Below are positions 42,869-52,549 of a DNA stretch of 64,000 nucleotides, piece after piece (position 1 is the first letter of the stretch; every line of letters starts with the position of its first letter). A program made the translations under genes and the position numbers. The notes under the pieces are model-generated. The model was not told the DNA's origin. It worked only from the letters and a program-made list of their open reading frames with translations, and ran no database searches. The stretch is from Gemmataceae bacterium (lineage in GTDB: Bacteria; Planctomycetota; Planctomycetia; Gemmatales; Gemmataceae). Location: assembly GCA_035266225.1 (NCBI GenBank), contig DATFNV010000336.1, positions 134-64,133 on the forward strand. Reading direction: 5' to 3'.

Positions 42869-43999
42869 ATGGAATCACATATGGATAATCCCGTACTCCG
42901 CTTCCTGCGCTTCCTCGTGATGGACAACTGGCCCATCACCCTGGTGGCGGCGCTCGGGTTCGTCGCCATCTATCTGCTGCTGCCGCGGCCGCGCGGCGGC
43001 GCCCGGGCGGTGGGCGTGGCGGCCGCCGGCCTGGCACTGCTGCTCACCGGCGCGCTCATCGTCCGCGCCGGCGCGTTCACGGCGGAGGTAGTCCTCTTCT
43101 ACGCCTTCTCGGGCATTGCCGTTATCGCCGGCGGCCTGCTCGTCACCCAGAGCAACCCGGCCCGCGCCGCCCTGTCGTTCGCCCTGGTGGTCCTCAGCAC
43201 CTGCGGCCTGTTCCTGCTCCAGGCGGCGCCGTTCCTCATGGCGGCCACCACCATCATCTACGCCGGGGCCATCGTCGTCACCTTCCTGTTCGTCATCATG
43301 CTCGCCCAGCAGGAAGGCGTCTCCGACGCCGACCAGCGCTCGCGCGAGCCGCTGCTGGCCTCGCTGACCGGCTTCGTCCTCTTGGGGGCGATCCTCTACG
43401 TCCTCCACGCCGGCTACGGCACCGGCGACATCGACGACGCCATCGCCCGGGTGCGCCAGGCGAAGACGAAGCCGAGCGCGAAGGAGATGGCCGCGGTGTT
43501 CGGCGACGAGGGCCACAATTTCAAGGCGTTCTTCGACGGCTTCCGGCAGGCGATCAAGAAGGGCGGCGATTCGAGCGAAGCCCGCGCCCTGTCGGACGCG
43601 GTGGACGACCTCCAGGACCGCTGGGTGGGGAAGGTGGTGCGCAATGACGACGCCGCCGAGGGCCGAGACGTCTGCGAGCGCCTCGAAGAGGTCGGCCTGC
43701 GCGCCCGCGCCTCCTATGGCATCCTGCAGCCGCCGGCCGACACGCGGTTGTCCGCCTACAGCGGGCCGCCAGCCAACGCGCCCCTGTTCCCGCCCGCCGA
43801 CGGCAAACCCGACCCCGGCGCCCTGCGCCGCGACCGGGACAGCCGCGTCCCGCAGATGCCGCACGAGAACACCGCCTACCTCGGCCGGGCGCTCTTCACC
43901 GACTACCTGCTGGCCGTCGAGTTGGGCGGCACCCTGCTGCTCGTCGCCACCGTCGGCGCCATCGCCATCGCCGGCCGGCGCGGGGGGAGAAACGCATGA
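42869..43999 (+). CDS. nuoJ: NADH-quinone oxidoreductase subunit J with a large internal soluble insertion
   Basis: 376 aa. NuoJ-like helices (NPARAALSFALVVLSTCGLFLLQAAPFLMAATTIIYAGAIVVTFLFVIML ... LLAVELGGTLLLVATVGAIAI) are separated by about 155 hydrophilic residues. Confidence 0.85.
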   Translation: MESHMDNPVLRFLRFLVMDNWPITLVAALGFVAIYLLLPRPRGGARAVGVAAAGLALLLTGALIVRAGAFTAEVVLFYAFSGIAVIAGGLLVTQSNPARAALSFALVVLSTCGLFLLQAAPFLMAATTIIYAGAIVVTFLFVIMLAQQEGVSDADQRSREPLLASLTGFVLLGAILYVLHAGYGTGDIDDAIARVRQAKTKPSAKEMAAVFGDEGHNFKAFFDGFRQAIKKGGDSSEARALSDAVDDLQDRWVGKVVRNDDAAEGRDVCERLEEVGLRARASYGILQPPADTRLSAYSGPPANAPLFPPADGKPDPGALRRDRDSRVPQMPHENTAYLGRALFTDYLLAVELGGTLLLVATVGAIAIAGRRGGRNA

Positions 44000-44424
44000 A
44001 TCCGATCCCGCTGCACCACTACCTCGTTGTCGGCGCCATCCTCTTCGCCCTCGGCGCGATCGGCTTCCTCGCCCGCCGCAACCTGATCGTCATGTTCCTG
44101 TCGGCGGAAATGATGCTGCAGGGGGTCGCGGTCAACCTGGTGGCCTTCGCCCGCTACCGCGGCAACCTCCAGGGGCAGGCGTTCACCCTGTTCATCCTCA
44201 CCGTGGCGGCGTGCGAGGCGGCCATCGCCCTGGCCCTGATCCTGATGCTCTTCCGCCGCCGCGGCTCGCTCGACGTCAGCTTGTGGCAGGAGCTGCGCGA
44301 GCCGGGTCAGGAGCCGACCGTGGACGAGGAGCCGCTGCCGCCGCCGCCGAAGGAGGAGCCTCTGCCGGAACTGACACCGTCGGGCTTCGAGCCCCCGGCC
44401 CGCGAGGAGACCAGCCATGTCTAA
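43996..44424 (+). CDS. nuoK: NADH-quinone oxidoreductase subunit K with a Pro/Glu-rich C-terminal tail
   Basis: 142 aa. Motifs LVVGAILFALGAIGFLARRNLIVMFLSAEMMLQGV and TVAACEAAIALALIL. ATGA overlap with nuoJ. Confidence 0.9.
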   Translation: MNPIPLHHYLVVGAILFALGAIGFLARRNLIVMFLSAEMMLQGVAVNLVAFARYRGNLQGQAFTLFILTVAACEAAIALALILMLFRRRGSLDVSLWQELREPGQEPTVDEEPLPPPPKEEPLPELTPSGFEPPAREETSHV

Positions 44425-46366
44425 CGTCGGCAGTTACCTGTGGCTGATCCCGGCGCTGCCGTTGCTTGCTGCCGCGCGCATCGCCTTCCTCGGGCCGCGC
44501 GGCCTGCGCCCCTCCAGCGACTGGCCGTGCGTCGCCGCCATCGGGGTGTCGTGCCTGCTGTCGTTCTGGGTGCTATTCGCGGTCGGCGGGCTGCCCCCGA
44601 TGGGGGAGGGCGATGGCCACATGAAGCCGGAACAGGAAATCGTCGCGGCCCACCCGTGGGTCCACGTCGGCAACATGGACCTCGGCTTCACGCTCCGAGC
44701 GGACGGATTGACGGCGATCATGCTGGTGACGGTCACGTTCGTCGGCTTCTTCATCGCGGTCTACTCGATCGGCTACATGCGCGACGATCCCGGATATCCG
44801 CGCTTCTTCGCGGAGGTGTCGCTGTTCATAGCGGCCATGACACTGCTGGTGCTGGCGGACAACTTTCTGGTGCTCTACGCGGGCTGGGAAGGCGTCGGCC
44901 TGTGCAGCTACCTGCTCATCGGCTTCTGGTTCCAGAAACCGTCAGCGGCCGACGCGGCGCGCAAGGCATTCCTCGTCACGCGCCTCGGCGACATGGGCCT
45001 GCTGCTGGGGATCATCCTGCTCTGGGTGAAGTCCGGATCCCTCGACTACGACAGGGTCTTCGAGGCGATGAAGGCGCCGGGTATGGACTCCTATTACGTC
45101 GCCGCGGCCTGCCTGCTGCTCCTGTGCGGCGCCGTCGGCAAGTCGGCGCAGTTCCCGCTGCACGTCTGGCTGCCGGACGCGATGGAAGGCCCCTCGCCCG
45201 TCAGCGCCCTCATCCACGCCGCCACGATGGTCACCGCCGGCGTCTACCTGGTGGCCCGCTGCACCCCCCTCTTCGTCCTGGTGCCCGGGGTGCAACTCGT
45301 GGTCGCCCTGATCGGCTGCTTCACCGCCCTTTTGGGGGCGCTGATCGCGCTGACGCAGAACGACCTGAAGCGCGTGCTGGCCTACTCGACGATCAGCCAG
45401 CTCGGCTACATGTTCCTCGGCCTGGGCAGCGGGGCGGTGGTGGCCGGCATCTTCCACCTGTTCACGCACGCCTTCTTCAAGGCGCTGCTCTTCCTCGCGG
45501 CCGGCAGCGTCATGCACGCGATGGGCGGCGTCATCGACCTGCGCCGCTTCTCCGGCCTGCGCAAACTCATGCCGTGGACCGGCGCGACCTTCCTCATGGG
45601 CGCCCTGGCCCTGTCCGGCTTCCCCGGCTTCTCCGGCTTCTGGAGCAAGGACGAGATCATGGCCGGTACGCTGGAACGGTCGGAGGCTCCCGGCCCCTAC
45701 GCGGCGTGGTACTTGCTGCTGTTTGTCGTCGCCCTGGTGACCGCGGGGCTGACGGCGTTCTACACCTTCCGCGCCTACCTGCTCACCTTCGAGGGCCCCG
45801 AGAAGGTCCCCGAGGAGGCCGGCCACCACGCCCACGAGTCGCCGCGGGTGATGACCGTCCCGCTAGTGGTCCTCGCCGCCGGCGCCGTCCTGGTCGGGTT
45901 CATGGAGCCGCTGACGCACGTCTTCAGCGACCTGCTGCGGCAGCACACCGCCGGCATCAGCGAGCTGTCCCCGCAACGGCCGGACTACACCGTGATGGCC
46001 GTCACCACTCTGTTCGCCCTCGCCGGCATCGCTGGGGCGGTCTACGTCTACAGGCTCCGCGTGGGACTGGCAGACCGCCTGGCCCGGGCGGCACCGGCGC
46101 TGTATCAGCTGTCGTTGAACAAGTTCGGCTTCGACGAGATGTACCAGACGTTCGTCGTCAAGCCGCTCGACGGCTTCGCCGAGTTCTGCCGCGTGTTCGA
46201 CCTGTACGTCCTCGACAAGATCGTGGATATCGTCGGTATGATACCGCGGTTGTTCGGCGCCCTGTTCCGACCGGTGCAGAACGGCCTGGTGCAGTTCTAC
46301 GCCCTGGCCATGATCCTCGGGCTGACGGTGTTCCTGCTGGCACTGGTGTCGAAACTCAACCCGTGA
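44417..46366 (+). CDS. nuoL: NADH-quinone oxidoreductase subunit L
   Basis: 649 aa antiporter-like subunit. Motifs WEGVGLCSYLLIGFW, GKSAQFPLHVWLPDAMEGPSPVSALIHAATMVTAG and a long C-terminal helix. Confidence 0.95.
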   Translation: MSNVGSYLWLIPALPLLAAARIAFLGPRGLRPSSDWPCVAAIGVSCLLSFWVLFAVGGLPPMGEGDGHMKPEQEIVAAHPWVHVGNMDLGFTLRADGLTAIMLVTVTFVGFFIAVYSIGYMRDDPGYPRFFAEVSLFIAAMTLLVLADNFLVLYAGWEGVGLCSYLLIGFWFQKPSAADAARKAFLVTRLGDMGLLLGIILLWVKSGSLDYDRVFEAMKAPGMDSYYVAAACLLLLCGAVGKSAQFPLHVWLPDAMEGPSPVSALIHAATMVTAGVYLVARCTPLFVLVPGVQLVVALIGCFTALLGALIALTQNDLKRVLAYSTISQLGYMFLGLGSGAVVAGIFHLFTHAFFKALLFLAAGSVMHAMGGVIDLRRFSGLRKLMPWTGATFLMGALALSGFPGFSGFWSKDEIMAGTLERSEAPGPYAAWYLLLFVVALVTAGLTAFYTFRAYLLTFEGPEKVPEEAGHHAHESPRVMTVPLVVLAAGAVLVGFMEPLTHVFSDLLRQHTAGISELSPQRPDYTVMAVTTLFALAGIAGAVYVYRLRVGLADRLARAAPALYQLSLNKFGFDEMYQTFVVKPLDGFAEFCRVFDLYVLDKIVDIVGMIPRLFGALFRPVQNGLVQFYALAMILGLTVFLLALVSKLNP

Positions 46367-46371
46367 GGGCG

Positions 46372-46465
46372 CTCTGTGATTTATCGTTTCGCGCTCGCTT
46401 GATCCTGCCGGGGAGAAGGGACTCTCCGGCAGGATCAAGCGAGCGCGAAACGATAAATCACAGAG
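46372..46465. repeat. 94-nt palindromic element with perfect 40-bp arms
   Basis: CTCTGTGATTTATCGTTTCGCGCTCGCTTGATCCTGCCGG-14 nt loop-reverse complement. Shares the GATTTATCGTTTCGCG module with 51784-51856 and 56427-56499. Confidence 0.95.
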
Positions 46466-46477
46466 CCGAGGTTTGTC

Positions 46478-48178
46478 ATGCAAGACTACTCGCCGCTGAT
46501 CTGGCTAGCGCTGGTCGTGCCCGCCGTCGCCGCCGTCGTCGCCGCCGCCCTCGGCCCGCGCCGCGGCGACCTGGTGCGCTGGGTGGCGCTGGTCGCGACG
46601 CTCATCACGCTGGTCCTCGTCGCCGTCATCACGGTCGAGTTCGCCGCCCACCCGCGAGACCCGGACCCGGCCGCCGCGAAGGAGGGGAGGTACTTCGAGC
46701 CGATGATGACCACCCAGCGCGTCATCCTGCCCCTGCAAGTGACCGGCCCCGAGCCCGAGCGGAAGCCGGTCGCCATCGAGTTCTACGTCGGCATCGACGG
46801 CCTCAACGTCTGGCTGGTGGCGCTGACGGCGGTGCTCATGGTGCCGTCGGTCCTCGTCTCGTGGAAGGCCGTCAGCGAGCGCGTCAACGAGTATTACGCC
46901 TGGCTGCTGCTCTTGCAGGTGGGCATGACGGGCGTCTTCGTCGCCTTCGACATCGTCCTCTTCTACGTCTTCTTCGAGCTGACGCTGGTGCCGCTGTTCT
47001 TCCTCATCGGCATCTGGGGCGGGCCGCAGCGGCAGCACGCGGCGCGCAAGTTCTTCATCTACACCCTGGCCGGCTCGCTCATCACCCTGCTGGGAGTCTT
47101 CGGCGCCGTCCTCGCCTGCCACACGGCGGCCCACGAACTGACCTTCTCCATCCCGCGGCTGGTGGCGATCGTGCAGGAACAACTCGCGACCAGCACGGGC
47201 GAGCACCTGGCGTTCTGGCGGTCGGTGCAGCTGTACGTGTTCCTGGGCCTGATGGCCGGTTTTGCCGTCAAGGTGCCGCTGGTGCCGCTGCACACCTGGC
47301 TGCCGCTGGCCCACGTCGAGGCGCCCACCGCCGGCTCGGTCCTGCTCGCCGGCGTCCTGCTGAAGCTCGGCACCTACGGCTTCCTGCGCCTGGCCCTGCC
47401 GCTGGCCCCCGACACCGCCCTCAGTCTCGGCGTGCCCCTCATCGGCACCCTGGCCGTCGTCGGCGTCATCTACGGCGCCCTCTGCGCCCTCGCCCAGAAC
47501 GACGTCAAGAAGCTGGTGGCCTACAGCTCGGTCAGCCACCTCGGCCTGTGCATGCTCGGCATGTTCGCGCTGAACGAGACTGGCCTGGGCGGCAGCCTCA
47601 TTCAGATGATCAACCACGGCCTCTCTACGGGCGGCCTCTTCCTCCTGGTCGGCATGCTCTACGAGCGCTACCACACGCGCCTGATGGCCGACTACGGCGG
47701 AATGGCCGCGAAGCTGAAATTACTCGGCGTGTCGATGGTCTTCATCTGCCTGTCGAGTGCCGGCCTGCCGGGGTTGAACGGCTTCTGGGGTGAGGTGCTG
47801 TCGCTCATGGGCATTGGCTCGCTACGGGGGTCGCGCGTGTCCGGCGCCTTGCTGTGCGGGCTGGGCGCGACCGGCGTGGTGCTGGGGGCCTGGTACCTGC
47901 TGACGATGCTGCGGCGCGTCTTCTTCGGCCCGCTCAAGGAGCCGAGCCACGAGGGGCACGAGCCGGTACGCGACCTCAACGTGCGCGAGTTGGCGGCGCT
48001 GGTCCCCATCGGCGTCCTGTGCGTCGCCCTGGGCGTCTACCCGCAGCCGTTCTTCAGCGCCGCCGACCGCGACCTGAAGGTGATGGCGGGCATCGCCGAC
48101 GCGGCCCGCGCCCGGGCGGAATTGCGCCTCGAGGATCGGGCCGCCGCGCCGGCGCCGGCCGGGGAGGGAGTGCGGTGA
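46478..48178 (+). CDS. nuoM: NADH-quinone oxidoreductase subunit M
   Basis: 566 aa. Motifs FFELTLVPLFFLIGIWGG, AVKVPLVPLHTWLPLAHVEAPTAGSVLLAGVLLKLG and SVSHLG. Confidence 0.95.
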   Translation: MQDYSPLIWLALVVPAVAAVVAAALGPRRGDLVRWVALVATLITLVLVAVITVEFAAHPRDPDPAAAKEGRYFEPMMTTQRVILPLQVTGPEPERKPVAIEFYVGIDGLNVWLVALTAVLMVPSVLVSWKAVSERVNEYYAWLLLLQVGMTGVFVAFDIVLFYVFFELTLVPLFFLIGIWGGPQRQHAARKFFIYTLAGSLITLLGVFGAVLACHTAAHELTFSIPRLVAIVQEQLATSTGEHLAFWRSVQLYVFLGLMAGFAVKVPLVPLHTWLPLAHVEAPTAGSVLLAGVLLKLGTYGFLRLALPLAPDTALSLGVPLIGTLAVVGVIYGALCALAQNDVKKLVAYSSVSHLGLCMLGMFALNETGLGGSLIQMINHGLSTGGLFLLVGMLYERYHTRLMADYGGMAAKLKLLGVSMVFICLSSAGLPGLNGFWGEVLSLMGIGSLRGSRVSGALLCGLGATGVVLGAWYLLTMLRRVFFGPLKEPSHEGHEPVRDLNVRELAALVPIGVLCVALGVYPQPFFSAADRDLKVMAGIADAARARAELRLEDRAAAPAPAGEGVR

Positions 48179-49782
48179 ACAATCCCGAGACGATCGACGC
48201 CCTGACAAACTGGGTGCCGCTGGTGCTGCCGGAAATCCTCCTGGTGGCCGCCGCGTGCGTCCTCTTCCTGGGCGGCACCTTCCGGGCCGGCCGCAATCTC
48301 TGGGGCAGCGTGGCCCTGGCCTCGCTGGCCGCCGCCGCCCTGGCCGCCTGGCTGACGCCCGGCCCGGCCGACCCCGGTCCCGCGCAACTCTACGCCGCCC
48401 CGGTGCTGCTCGACAGCCTGGCCGTGCTGGTCAAGGGGCTCGCCCTGGCCGGCGGCGGCGTCCTGGTCCTGCTCGGCTGGGACGAGGTGCCCGAGAAACA
48501 GGCGGCCGAGTATCACGCCTGCCTCCTGGTCATCGTCGCGGGGACCAGCCTGACCGGCATGGCCAACGAGCTGATTACGCTCTTCCTCGCCCTGGAGCTG
48601 ATCTCTATTCCGACCTACATTCTCCTCTACCTGCCGCGGCACGACAACGCGGCGCAGGAAGCGTCGCTGAAGTACTTCCTGCTCAGCGTCTTCTCGTCGG
48701 CGCTGATGCTCTTCGGCTTCAGCTACCTCTACGGCGTCGGCGGCACCACCAACATCCCGGCGCTGACGCGGGCGCTGGCCACGGTGGAGTCGGGGGCGCT
48801 GCCGGCGGCGGCGCTGGTCGCGCTGGTCATGGTGGTGGCCGGCCTCGGCTTCCGCATCGCGGCGGTGCCGTTCCACTTCTACGCCCCGGACGTGTACCAG
48901 GGGACCACGGCGGGGGCCGCCGCCCTGCTCGCCTTCATCCCCAAGGTCGCCGGCTTCGTCGCTCTGGTGCGCGTGCTCGGCTTCGCCCCGGAGGGGAGCC
49001 TCCTGGAGGCGCTGACCCTGGGCCGGGCCAAGGTCGTGCCCGGCCTGCTGCTGGGGTCGCAGGTCTCGACGCTCTTCTGGATCCTGGCGGCGGTGACGAT
49101 GACGCTCGGCAACGTGCTGGCGCTGTTGCAGGACAACCTCAAGCGCTTGCTGGCCTATTCGAGCGTGGCCCACGCCGGCTACATGCTCATCGGCCTGGCG
49201 GTGGCGCCGTACCTGCGCGGCGTGGACTCGCCGGGGGGCGTCGAGGCACTGCTGTTCTACCTGGCGGCCTACGGGGCCATGACCATTGGCGCCTTCGCCG
49301 TGATTTCGTACCTGAATACGCCGCAGCACCCGATCGAAACGGTGGACGACCTCGCCGGCCTGAGCCGCAGTCATCCGGGTGTGGCGCTGCTGATGATGAT
49401 CTTCCTGTTCAGCCTGATCGGCATTCCGTTGACCGGCGGCTTCGCGGGCAAGTTCCTGCTCTTCTGGGGGGCGATGTCGGTGCCGGTCGATGTCGGCGAC
49501 CCCAGTTCGCTGGAGCAGGCGCGGCTGTTCCGCATCCTGGCGCTGATCGGGGTGATCAACGCGGCCGTCGGCGCCTGGTACTATCTGCGCATCGTGGCGG
49601 CGATGTACCTGCGCAACCCGCTGCGGCCGGCGCAGGGGGGGCGCCGCTGGCCGGCGCTGGCGACGATCGGGATTTGCGCCGTGCTGACCCTGGCGCTCGG
49701 CGTGCCGCCGCTGTTGGGACTGCTGGTCGGCGCCGCTCGCGACGCGGTCCCGCACGTCCCGCAGCTGCGGGCCGAACGGTAA
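48175..49782 (+). CDS. nuoN: NADH-quinone oxidoreductase subunit N
   Basis: GTG 48175 in GTGA overlap with the nuoM stop (VNNPETIDAL...). Motifs LALELISIPTYILL, FRIAAVPFHFYAPDVYQG and YSSVAHAGYML. Confidence 0.92.
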   Translation: MNNPETIDALTNWVPLVLPEILLVAAACVLFLGGTFRAGRNLWGSVALASLAAAALAAWLTPGPADPGPAQLYAAPVLLDSLAVLVKGLALAGGGVLVLLGWDEVPEKQAAEYHACLLVIVAGTSLTGMANELITLFLALELISIPTYILLYLPRHDNAAQEASLKYFLLSVFSSALMLFGFSYLYGVGGTTNIPALTRALATVESGALPAAALVALVMVVAGLGFRIAAVPFHFYAPDVYQGTTAGAAALLAFIPKVAGFVALVRVLGFAPEGSLLEALTLGRAKVVPGLLLGSQVSTLFWILAAVTMTLGNVLALLQDNLKRLLAYSSVAHAGYMLIGLAVAPYLRGVDSPGGVEALLFYLAAYGAMTIGAFAVISYLNTPQHPIETVDDLAGLSRSHPGVALLMMIFLFSLIGIPLTGGFAGKFLLFWGAMSVPVDVGDPSSLEQARLFRILALIGVINAAVGAWYYLRIVAAMYLRNPLRPAQGGRRWPALATIGICAVLTLALGVPPLLGLLVGAARDAVPHVPQLRAER

Positions 49783-49788
49783 GGGCAA

Positions 49789-49829
49789 GCCGCTTGCGGC
49801 TTCGCAGGGCATGCGAAGCCGCAAGCGGC
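49789..49829. repeat. palindromic element GCCGCTTGCGGCTTCGCA-GGGCA-TGCGAAGCCGCAAGCGGC
   Basis: 18-bp arms. Lies between the nuoN stop and the kinase-like gene. Confidence 0.9.
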
Positions 49830-49841
49830 AGGATCGTTCCC

Positions 49842-50813
49842 ATGTCCTCCGCACTCGACGTCCTGGGCCGCTATGCGCTGCCGGCCGCGTCGTTGCAGCC
49901 GTTGGGCAACCACGGCGGCTTCAGCGGCGCCCGCCTTTGGCGCGTCGAGGCTGGCACCGCCTCGTTCTGCCTGCGCGCCTGGCCTCCGGATGACCCCACC
50001 CCCGAGCGCCTGCGCTGGCTGCACGACCTCATGGCCGCGGCGCGCGCGGCCGGGTTGACGTTCGTCCCCCAGCTCGTTCCGATCGGCGGCGCCACCTTCA
50101 CCCATCACGCGGGCCGCCTCTGGGAACTAACCGCCTGGCTGCCCGGCCGTGCCGACTTTCACGAGCATCCAGGGCCGGGCCGCCTCCGCGCCGCCTGTGC
50201 CGCGCTGGCCCGGTTGCATTCCGCCTGGGCCGGCTTATTCGCCGCGCGGGGCACCTGCCCGGCCGTTGCCCGCCGGCTCGACCGGGCCGGCGAGTGGCTC
50301 ACCCTCGTGTCCGCCGGCTGGCGCCCGCACCTCGACAAGGGCGATCCCGTGGCCCCGTGGGCGGAGGCGGCCTGGCGCCTGCTGGCCGTGTGGGCCGAGC
50401 GCGTCGGCGTCCTGCTGGCCCCGTGGACCGGCCGGCCCTGCGCCCTGCACCCCTGCCTGTGCGACGTCTGGCACGATCACGTGCTTTTCGAGGGCGACGC
50501 CGTTTCGGGGATCCTTGATTATGGCAGCGTCAAGGTCGATCATCCCGCCGCGGACCTGGCGCGCCTCCTCGGCAGCCTGGTCGGCGACGACGCGGCCGGC
50601 TGGGCCGCCGGACTCGACGCCTACGGGTCGCTCCGTCCCCTTTCGCCGGACGAACAGGCCCTGGCTCGCGCCCTGGACCGCACCGGGGTCATCCTTGCGG
50701 CGGCCAACTGGCTGAAGTGGCTGTACCGTGACGCCCGGGTCTTCGACGACCGGCTACGGATCGCCGGTCGGCTCGCGGGGCTCGTCCGACGGTTACAAGC
50801 CTGGCCGATCTGA
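49842..50813 (+). CDS. aminoglycoside-phosphotransferase (APH)/homoserine-kinase-II-like kinase-fold protein
   Basis: ATG 49842 (the tail of the 852-aa ORF). Motifs FCLRAWPP, HPCLCDVWHDHVLFEG and GILDYGSVKVDHPAADLARLL (catalytic loop plus a DxG/DLA-like segment). Confidence 0.65.
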   Translation: MSSALDVLGRYALPAASLQPLGNHGGFSGARLWRVEAGTASFCLRAWPPDDPTPERLRWLHDLMAAARAAGLTFVPQLVPIGGATFTHHAGRLWELTAWLPGRADFHEHPGPGRLRAACAALARLHSAWAGLFAARGTCPAVARRLDRAGEWLTLVSAGWRPHLDKGDPVAPWAEAAWRLLAVWAERVGVLLAPWTGRPCALHPCLCDVWHDHVLFEGDAVSGILDYGSVKVDHPAADLARLLGSLVGDDAAGWAAGLDAYGSLRPLSPDEQALARALDRTGVILAAANWLKWLYRDARVFDDRLRIAGRLAGLVRRLQAWPI

Positions 50814-50851
50814 TCGGCTCGCCCTCTTGGAGCAGGGCGATTTTCGCTTGA

Positions 50852-50885
50852 TCTTCACCGAATCTACACATAAGCCGGATAATAT
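50852..50885 (+). promoter_or_regulatory. candidate Pho-box-like direct repeats (TCTTCAC-N4-TCTACAC) plus TAATAT -10
   Basis: Two 7-nt repeats with 11-nt phasing at 50852 and 50863. TAATAT at 50880-50885 lies 10 nt downstream, which is the classical Pho promoter geometry. Located upstream of pstB-phoU-phoB. Similarity to the E. coli consensus is weak. Confidence 0.3.
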
Positions 50886-50945
50886 CACCCTCAACAACTG
50901 ACACCCGCCGGTCCCCCAGGCGACCGGCCTGCCCAGAGGTGCCTC

Positions 50946-51776
50946 GTGTCCACACTTTCCTATTCGGCCATCCTTACTGAGCGAAGCCAGAACGGCTTGC
51001 AGCCGTCGGACTTCCGGGCGGCCGCTCACAAGTTCGAGGTGCGGCACCTGGCGTTCTGGTACGGCTCGCGGCAGGCGCTTTTCGACGTGTCGCTGCCGGT
51101 GCCGGAGCGCTCCGTCGTCGCCCTGATCGGGCCGTCGGGCTGTGGCAAATCGACCTTTCTGCGCGTCCTCAACCGCATGAACGACCTGATCGAGGGGACG
51201 CGCCACAGCGGCGACGTGCTCCTCGACGGCGAGGACATTTACACCTCCGGGCTCAACCTCGTGGACCTGCGCCGCCGCGTCGGCATGGTCTTCCAGAAGT
51301 CGAACCCGTTCCCGAAAACCGTCTACGAGAACGTCGTGTTCGGCCCCAAGGTGGCTGGCCTGAGCAACCGGGTCCGCCTCATGGAAATCTGCGAGCGCTG
51401 TTTGCGCAGCGCCGCCCTCTGGGACGAAGTCAAGGACCGTCTGAACCACTCGGCGCTCGACCTGTCCGGCGGGCAGCAGCAGCGCCTGTGCATCGCCCGC
51501 GCCCTGGCGACTGACCCGGAAGTGCTGCTGCTCGACGAGCCGGCGTCGGCGCTCGACCCGGCTTCCACGGCGCGCATCGAGGACCTGATCTTCGAGTTGA
51601 AGCGCGATTACACGATCGTCATCGTGACGCACAACATGCAGCAGGCGGCGCGGGTCTCGGACCTGACCGCCTTCTTCTTCCAGGGGAAGCTGATCGAGGC
51701 CGGCCCGACCGACCAGCTGTACACGCGGCCCGCCGTCAAGCAGACGGAAGACTACATCACCGGCCGGTTCGGATGA
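50946..51776 (+). CDS. pstB: phosphate ABC transporter ATP-binding protein
   Basis: 276 aa (GTG start). Motifs [60 protein letters not shown] and a C-terminal DYITGRFG. Confidence 0.93.
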   Translation: MSTLSYSAILTERSQNGLQPSDFRAAAHKFEVRHLAFWYGSRQALFDVSLPVPERSVVALIGPSGCGKSTFLRVLNRMNDLIEGTRHSGDVLLDGEDIYTSGLNLVDLRRRVGMVFQKSNPFPKTVYENVVFGPKVAGLSNRVRLMEICERCLRSAALWDEVKDRLNHSALDLSGGQQQRLCIARALATDPEVLLLDEPASALDPASTARIEDLIFELKRDYTIVIVTHNMQQAARVSDLTAFFFQGKLIEAGPTDQLYTRPAVKQTEDYITGRFG

Positions 51777-51783
51777 TGCCATC

Positions 51784-51856
51784 GTTTAGCGGCCGCCGTC
51801 GATTTATCGTCTCGCGAAACGATGAATCCGCGCCGCCCCGAGGGCGGCGGCTAAAC
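51784..51856. repeat. palindromic element GTTTAGCGGCCGCC...GATTTATCGTCTCGCGAAACGATGAATC...GGGCGGCGGCTAAAC
   Basis: Near-identical in architecture to 22934-23004. Lies between pstB and phoU. Confidence 0.9.
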
Positions 51857-51868
51857 GGGAGATGCCGA

Positions 51869-52546
51869 ATGTCCAAACACCTCGAGCGCGATCTGGACAA
51901 CCTGCAAAAGGACCTGCTGGCGCTGGCGGCCTCGGTGGAGGAGGCGATCCACAAGGCGATCCGGGCGCTGCAGGAGCGCGACGTACCCCTGGCGAATGAG
52001 GTCATCGACGGGGACAGCGACATCGACGAGGAGGAGAACCACGTCGAGGAGGAGTGTTTGAAGGTGCTGGCCCTGCACCAGCCGGTGGCGGTCGATTTGC
52101 GCCGGGTGACGTCGGTGTTACAGATCAACACCGACCTGGAGCGCATGGCCGACCTGGCCGAGGACATCGCCGAGCGCGCCGTCGCCCTGGCCCGCTGGCC
52201 GGCCATCCCCATCCCCGGCGACCTGCAGCGTATGACCGACCTGACCAGCAGCATGGTGCGCCAGGCGCTGGACGCCTTCGTCAACCTCGACGCCAAGCTA
52301 GCCCGCCTGGTGTGCCGGCTGGACGACGAGGTGGACCGCTACAACAAGAGCATCATCGACGAACTGATCCTGCTGATGCAGCGCTCGCCGGACATGGTCG
52401 AACCGGGGCTGTCGTTCTTCTCGGCGACGCGGCACTTGGAGCGGATCGCCGACCACGCGACCAACATCGCGGAGGACGTCATCTACCTGGTGGAAGGCGC
52501 CATCGTGCGGCATCGGCCGGCCGCGGTGCGCGGGGAGGACTCATAG
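51869..52546 (+). CDS. phoU: phosphate signalling regulator PhoU
   Basis: ATG 51869. Two PhoU repeats (DxxID...E, RxLERIADHATNIAEDVIY). Confidence 0.9.
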   Translation: MSKHLERDLDNLQKDLLALAASVEEAIHKAIRALQERDVPLANEVIDGDSDIDEEENHVEEECLKVLALHQPVAVDLRRVTSVLQINTDLERMADLAEDIAERAVALARWPAIPIPGDLQRMTDLTSSMVRQALDAFVNLDAKLARLVCRLDDEVDRYNKSIIDELILLMQRSPDMVEPGLSFFSATRHLERIADHATNIAEDVIYLVEGAIVRHRPAAVRGEDS

Positions 52547-52549
52547 GGA

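Noticed and set aside
48255-49841. First 529 codons of the 852-aa ORF that runs through nuoN.
   Set aside because: This is an alternative frame of nuoN, which has clear NuoN motifs. The real gene is the APH-like tail starting at ATG 49842, after the palindromic element.
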